Under the pieces are notes generated by a model. That model saw only the letters and a program-made list of their open reading frames with translations. It searched no databases and was not told the origin of the DNA. A stretch of DNA of 64,000 nt from an uncultured Pseudomonadota bacterium (GTDB taxonomy: Bacteria; Pseudomonadota; Alphaproteobacteria; Rs-D84; CACZYB01): the NCBI GenBank assembly GCA_902785275.1, contig CACZYB010000001.1, positions 206,608 to 270,607 of the forward strand, read 5' to 3'. Below, in pieces: positions 58,885-64,000 of this stretch. Both the position numbers and the translations under genes were made by a program. Position 1 is the stretch's first letter. Each line of letters opens with the position of its first letter.

Positions 58885-59850
58885 CTACACAATATCTGTA
58901 ATCGCTCTGATATTACCTTCACGGCCAATTTGTACCACACGAACTTTTCTTTGCATTTCTTCCAATGCTTTTTCTTGATTAAGGTTAGGGAAGGTATGAA
59001 GTATCCTGTCCACAAAAGCCTTATACGCACTTTCCGGAGATTCGGCGTGTATGGTTGCATAGAAATGCTTATGTCCTGTATTCATAAGCTCCCAAATTGC
59101 ACCAGCATTTTCGGTTGAAATTTCTCCACCCATAATTGCATCCGGTGTCATACGTACAACCAAATCTATCACATCCTTATAGGAGAAATAGTTTGTTTGT
59201 TGTGTACGGGATAAAAGAAGATGTACATGATTTTTCTGTGGCACAATTAATTCACGGCTATCTTCTATTGTAATAACCCTAAGGTTTGGGGAAAGAAGTT
59301 TCAAAATATTATTCAAAAATGTAGTTTTACCAGTTGCTGTAGCACCACTGATAAGTAAATGTTCTCCGCTGGCAATTATTTGCATCAATCTTTCGTATGG
59401 GTCCGAAGAAAGTTCCTTTTGTTCAGATTTAAGGGTTGTCAATTCCGCCCCCTTAACCAAACCATAATCGGCGAAATCAAAATCAACTGTTTCCTTTTTT
59501 GTTCTGATTGCTATTGCAACGCCACCTTCAATATCATCATTATCATAAAGCACATTTTTTCCAGCAATTCCGGAAAAACGCTCATCCCCAGGAAGTGTTG
59601 CATATACAACCGGAGTACCTTCCACCGGATCAAATGGTACCTCATACGAATTTGCAATAATATTCATAATATCGGTAAGGTATTGCTTGGAAAGGTTTTT
59701 ATCATACTCCATAACCCATGGAATTTCACGCTTTCCACGAAGTCTTAACCAAACTTCGCCAGCCTTATTAATAGCAACCTCCTCAATATTAGATTGAGAA
59801 TACCAATTTGAAAGATATTTTAATGTAGAAAGTAAAACTTCGTTTGCCAT
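58885..59850 (-). CDS. virB11: Type IV secretion ATPase VirB11
   Basis: EEVAINKAGEVW, Walker A GATATGKT, TIEDSREL, RMTPD...GE, NTGH...TIHA. Confidence 0.85.
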   Translation of the reverse strand: MANEVLLSTLKYLSNWYSQSNIEEVAINKAGEVWLRLRGKREIPWVMEYDKNLSKQYLTDIMNIIANSYEVPFDPVEGTPVVYATLPGDERFSGIAGKNVLYDNDDIEGGVAIAIRTKKETVDFDFADYGLVKGAELTTLKSEQKELSSDPYERLMQIIASGEHLLISGATATGKTTFLNNILKLLSPNLRVITIEDSRELIVPQKNHVHLLLSRTQQTNYFSYKDVIDLVVRMTPDAIMGGEISTENAGAIWELMNTGHKHFYATIHAESPESAYKAFVDRILHTFPNLNQEKALEEMQRKVRVVQIGREGNIRAITDIV

Positions 59851-60022
59851 AATTCCCTCTTGATACTATTTATACACCAAAATTCAACAATAAACAATAA
59901 AAATTAAATAAATAGTTGTTGTTTAACCTGTGAAAAGTGAATAACTTTTTAAATTTTTAATTTTATCCTTTAATAAAAAGGTTTTTTTTGATATAATACC
60001 AAGATGTTAATCCGAGGATGCT

Positions 60023-60913
60023 ATGATACATAAAAAGAAAGAATTATCTGTTGATGAAAAAAAAGAAATACTTGATACACTTGATGTGATTGATATTTCT
60101 ATCTATGACCTTCTTGTAAAAAGAAAGGAATTAAAAAAGGAACTTAATTCTTCTAATTCATCTTTTTCTGATTTATTTTCAGAGTTATCCAATTCTATTC
60201 AAAAGATAACAGAACAAAGAAAATGTGATAATTCTGTTTTATCTTTTACCGCTGGGATTTTGAATGCATGTAACCTTTTTGGAAAGAATATTGAAATTGG
60301 TATACAGTCGAAAAAGGATGCCCAAGCTTCATTTAACAGGGCAAAACAAAATTTAAACTTACTTTTTTCTTTCTCTAATTCAATTAAGTACAAAAGTTTT
60401 TCAAAAAACCTTGCAATAATTGATGCAATTTCAACTTATCCAAATATGCTTGCATCAATTTCTGCAACAAAAACCACACCAAAGGATGTTTGGTGGATAC
60501 CGCTTTTGGCTGAGGAAAATAAAAATATAAAGATTATTACAAAACTTCCTCTTGTTCAAAATTATGATGAACCAGAGGAGTATTTGATTGGTAAAACAAA
60601 TTCATTTTATGGTTATGACAGAAGTGTTATCGCGATTGCTACATCAGAAAATATTACAAACGATTGGCTTAAAACTGCACTTCATAAAATAAACATTCCT
60701 CTTTACCGAATAATTGATTCAACTGCGATTTTCAATGGTACAGTTTTGCACCTTATTGAAATTTCTTATTCAATAAGTTCGGATAAAGATAAAATCTTCT
60801 CTTTAAACGAAACATTAAACGGAATAAATATCCGTACCGCTGGTTATATTGGTGGATATTATTTACCGCAAGTTGAAAAAGATAAAATTGTTGATTTTAA
60901 ATTTACAAAATAA
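60023..60913 (+). CDS. Chorismate-mutase-like protein (divergent)
   Basis: N-terminal LD.ID..I.DLL.KR pattern, WW..L motif as in alphaproteobacterial CM fusions. Confidence 0.5.
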   Translation: MIHKKKELSVDEKKEILDTLDVIDISIYDLLVKRKELKKELNSSNSSFSDLFSELSNSIQKITEQRKCDNSVLSFTAGILNACNLFGKNIEIGIQSKKDAQASFNRAKQNLNLLFSFSNSIKYKSFSKNLAIIDAISTYPNMLASISATKTTPKDVWWIPLLAEENKNIKIITKLPLVQNYDEPEEYLIGKTNSFYGYDRSVIAIATSENITNDWLKTALHKINIPLYRIIDSTAIFNGTVLHLIEISYSISSDKDKIFSLNETLNGINIRTAGYIGGYYLPQVEKDKIVDFKFTK

Positions 60914-60958
60914 ATAAAAATTCCTTTATTTTCTAAAAAAATATAGTATAAAGGAAGT

Positions 60959-62071
60959 ATGTTAATAAAAAAGTATAACATTCTTTATAGATTTTTAGCC
61001 ATCCACTTCTTAAAGTCATTTGGATTGGTATTTTTTTGTATTTCAGGTATAATCGCCCTTTTTTCTGTTATTAACAATACAAAAAATTTTGCAGGAAAGG
61101 CTGTAAATGTACCATTTTCTGTTACTGCACAGTTTGCAATGCTTGATGTATTTTATACACTTAATACCACATTACCTCTTTCAGTTTTATTGGCTGGAAT
61201 TCTTACATTCTGGAGATTATCTAGAACATCCGAACTTACCGTTATTCGTTCCATCGGTCTTTCCGTTTGGCAATTTATAACACCAATACTTGGCGTTTGT
61301 ATTGCATTAGGTTTTCTTAATATGATGGTGTTAAGTCCTATAAACTCTGCATTACAAAAACATGTTTCAAAATTAAGATATAAATACGAAGTAAGTCATT
61401 CTAACCCACTTTTGTTTTCACAGCAAGGTTTATGGTTAAAGGAAAAATCCGACTTTACTCAATCATTCATAAATTCCGAGTATATAAAGAAAGAAGGTTC
61501 ATCCCTTTCCGGTAAGAATATTGTTATTTACGTAACTGATTTGAATAATAATTTCTTAAGAAGAATTGAGGCAAAATCCGCAACCTTAGATAATAAAAAT
61601 CTTGCACTTATTGATGTAAAAATGGTTAATCCAAAACTTATTACTGAATATTTTGAATCATACGATTATCCAACAAGTTTGACTATTGATAAGATAGAAG
61701 AAAATTCTTCGGCACCAGAAACTTTTTCTTTCTGGGAGCTTCCTGGATTCATAAGCTTTTTTGAAGAAGCAGGTTTTTCTGCTCGTAAGCATCGTTCATA
61801 TTTTTATACTTTGTTATTTATGCCTCTTACACTTTGTGCAATGCTTTTGATTTCATCAATATTTTCCATTTCACCAAAAAGAAATCAGGCAAACTTAGTT
61901 CTAAAGCTTTCAGGTGGAGTTTTGACAGGATTTGGAATGTTCTTTTTGGACCAAGTTATTCACGCAATGGGTGCTTCTGGAAGATTACCACTTTTACTTT
62001 CTTCTATAAGTATATCCCTTATTGCAGTATTGCTTTGCATAACAATTCTTCTTTATCATGAGGATGGCTAG
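60959..62071 (+). CDS. lptG: LPS export permease LptG/LptF family
   Basis: LSRTSEL.V.RS.G.S.WQ, GLWLKE, SFWELP, six TM helices. Confidence 0.85.
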   Translation: MLIKKYNILYRFLAIHFLKSFGLVFFCISGIIALFSVINNTKNFAGKAVNVPFSVTAQFAMLDVFYTLNTTLPLSVLLAGILTFWRLSRTSELTVIRSIGLSVWQFITPILGVCIALGFLNMMVLSPINSALQKHVSKLRYKYEVSHSNPLLFSQQGLWLKEKSDFTQSFINSEYIKKEGSSLSGKNIVIYVTDLNNNFLRRIEAKSATLDNKNLALIDVKMVNPKLITEYFESYDYPTSLTIDKIEENSSAPETFSFWELPGFISFFEEAGFSARKHRSYFYTLLFMPLTLCAMLLISSIFSISPKRNQANLVLKLSGGVLTGFGMFFLDQVIHAMGASGRLPLLLSSISISLIAVLLCITILLYHEDG

Positions 62072-62072
62072 T

Positions 62073-62882
62073 ATGATTAAAAGAGGGGTTATATTTTTCA
62101 TATTAAGTTTCATTTTTAATCTATCTGTTTATTCAAATACAAAAATACAGGTAAACTATACTGTTATTCCACAGGCAAAAGATTTAAGCGGTATTCCAAA
62201 TAACTATGGTCGTTTTTCCAAAAATACTTCTGGTGGTTTACATAATATAATAAAAGAGATAACAAAAGATATTGATATTGAACCAAGTTTTATAAATTAT
62301 GATGACTATTATTCTGCATTATCAAATACAGCAATTTATGCACCATCATCAAACCCAGAAATTATGTTAGGTGCAACTTTTTCCGAAGATTTTACAAAAT
62401 ACCTTGATTATGTTTCTGTTCCAATATTTACCGACTATTTGGTTATTATTTCAAATAAAAAGTCATTACAAAAAGATTTTGCGTTTTCAAAAGATTTTGT
62501 TTCAGATGTAAAAAATATAAATCTTCCAATAATAGGTATCCAAGGTTTTGATATCCCATACCTTAAAAACAAAGATTATGAAAAATATAAAACAACCCAA
62601 TCCGCATTAGAGGAGGTTTTTGTAAACAATAAAGTTTTCATCACAACAAAATCATTGATTGATGAATATCTTGAAAAAAACAAAGGTTCCGAAAAACTTA
62701 ACAGTCTGAACATTGCCGAATATAAAGATTTTCCAATATACTATTTCTTTGTTATAAATAAGAAATCATCTTTGTTTTTAACAAAATTTGATGAAGATAA
62801 TTTCATTACCGATGTTATATTTAAAAAATTACAAGAATTAATTGATAACGATGAAATTTCAAAAGTAATAGAAAATAAATAA
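62073..62882 (+). CDS. Exported hypothetical protein, possible periplasmic binding fold
   Basis: Signal peptide, weak PBP2-like pattern. Confidence 0.55.
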   Translation: MIKRGVIFFILSFIFNLSVYSNTKIQVNYTVIPQAKDLSGIPNNYGRFSKNTSGGLHNIIKEITKDIDIEPSFINYDDYYSALSNTAIYAPSSNPEIMLGATFSEDFTKYLDYVSVPIFTDYLVIISNKKSLQKDFAFSKDFVSDVKNINLPIIGIQGFDIPYLKNKDYEKYKTTQSALEEVFVNNKVFITTKSLIDEYLEKNKGSEKLNSLNIAEYKDFPIYYFFVINKKSSLFLTKFDEDNFITDVIFKKLQELIDNDEISKVIENK

Positions 62883-62938
62883 CTTATTGCATAAAAAAAA
62901 ATTATGTTATATTATCCATAAGTAAGAGGAGAGAGATA

Positions 62939-63745
62939 TTGAAATTTCGTATTTTTCCATTGTTGTTTTGTTTGACCTTTGCATTTTCCCCATTTGCATA
63001 TTCTGCTGATGATGAGGAAGTTGAGGAAATCGAAGAAACAGAGGAAACAGAAGATACTGTTGGTGAAGACGGTGAGGAAGAAGAATACGAAGATTATGTG
63101 GAAGAGGGTACCACCGAAGTAATCACTTCCGAACTAAATGATAGAGTGAAATATTTTGATGTTGCCGGTGTCCAACTTGGACAGGATTATCCAAAGGTAA
63201 AAGAAGTTCTAAAGGAACACAAATATAAACTTGTAAACGTTGAATACGATATTCCAAAATATTTCAGATACAACTATGATGCGCTTTGTCGTAAAAGAAA
63301 TATACTTATCCCTGAAAATCTAAAGGCTTGTATAAAGGGTTTGGCAAAGAAGGATAAAATGGAGTATGTATCAAAGGTTAATTACAAAAAGTATGATACA
63401 AACGAAGAAATAAGTATATATTTTACCAGTCCAATCACAGAAAACAAAGTTTGGAAAGTCGAATATAAAAACGACTTAAATAAAAAGTATGGTGATTCGG
63501 AAAATTTCCAATATCAAAGAGAAGAAAGACGTCGTGCTTTTTGGTATTTCGTCCTTTCAAAATATGGTGAACCAAATTCCGAACCAAACAAATGGATTCT
63601 TGATACAAAAGATTCGCACAGCACAAATCTAGAGGCTGGTTTTGGTACACTTACCCTTTCAAACCCAAAACAAAATGCGTTTGATATTCTTGAGGCAGCA
63701 AGACAAGCTCGCCGTGAATTTAAATATACCGATTATACTTTCTAA
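62939..63745 (+). CDS. Secreted protein with acidic N-terminal linker
   Basis: Signal peptide ending AYS, E/D-rich stretch, FDVAGVQLG, KYGEP. Confidence 0.75.
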   Translation: MKFRIFPLLFCLTFAFSPFAYSADDEEVEEIEETEETEDTVGEDGEEEEYEDYVEEGTTEVITSELNDRVKYFDVAGVQLGQDYPKVKEVLKEHKYKLVNVEYDIPKYFRYNYDALCRKRNILIPENLKACIKGLAKKDKMEYVSKVNYKKYDTNEEISIYFTSPITENKVWKVEYKNDLNKKYGDSENFQYQREERRRAFWYFVLSKYGEPNSEPNKWILDTKDSHSTNLEAGFGTLTLSNPKQNAFDILEAARQARREFKYTDYTF

Positions 63746-63825
63746 AAAATTCATATTTCTCATTGCAAACATACCTAAAATATGATAAAATATTCTCATA
63801 TAAAAATAGAGAGAAAGGGTGAAAA

Positions 63826-64000
63826 ATGTTTGGACAAAATAGACGAATCGGGGGGGGTAAACTCCTTGCAAATATAGGTAAAACTTCGGTTTTCTGCGTT
63901 TTCTTCTTATCTTTAATACTTGGTGCAGAAACCTATGCAAAAAGAAAAGGTTCAAGTAAACGTTCCGGTTCAAGCAAAAAATCAAACTCAGTCAACAAAT
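63826..64000 (+). CDS. Exported protein, N-terminus only (truncated by window), with a G8 tract
   Basis: RBS, ATG 63826, hydrophobic signal segment ending TYA, open to the window end. Confidence 0.6.
   Translation, partial: MFGQNRRIGGGKLLANIGKTSVFCVFFLSLILGAETYAKRKGSSKRSGSSKKSNSVNK

Noticed and set aside
62884-62912. dif-like sequence TTATTGCATAA-A7-TTATGTTATAT
   Set aside because: It has a 7-nt poly-A spacer, lies near the inferred origin rather than the terminus, and is better explained as the promoter of the downstream gene.
63005-63120. GAA/GAG-rich repetitive DNA
   Set aside because: Low-complexity coding of an acidic linker, not an independent repeat.

Overview
AT-rich chromosomal segment of an alphaproteobacterium, probably an uncultured, genome-reduced, host-associated lineage. 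The basis is Tim44/secB, mitofilin-like Mic60, TIGR02300, rpoH, short ProRS, IleRS2 and scattered virB genes. The window appears to span the replication origin: a DnaA-box cluster at ~39.8-40.0 kb next to parB-parA-rsmG, a perfect parS at 41918-41933, and a C-rich to G-rich strand switch judged by eye. It is mostly housekeeping genes plus five tRNAs (His, Leu, Gly, Ser, Gln). The main accessory feature is a compact ~5.5 kb element integrated at tRNA-Gly(TCC), with 18-bp att repeats, arm-type repeats, an IHF site, a tyrosine integrase, an XRE repressor with palindromic operators, two cargo genes, a stand-alone integrase-SAM-like protein and an HUH rolling-circle-type Rep next to a repeat-rich noncoding region. 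Other items of interest are an Mpi-like serine invertase beside exported and outer-membrane proteins, a candidate ~118-nt structured ncRNA downstream of tRNA-Gln, a dispersed Cys-rich orphan protein family, tandem SPASM-first radical SAM paralogs and a dispersed VirB T4SS. All calls come from reading motifs by eye; no database searches were run.
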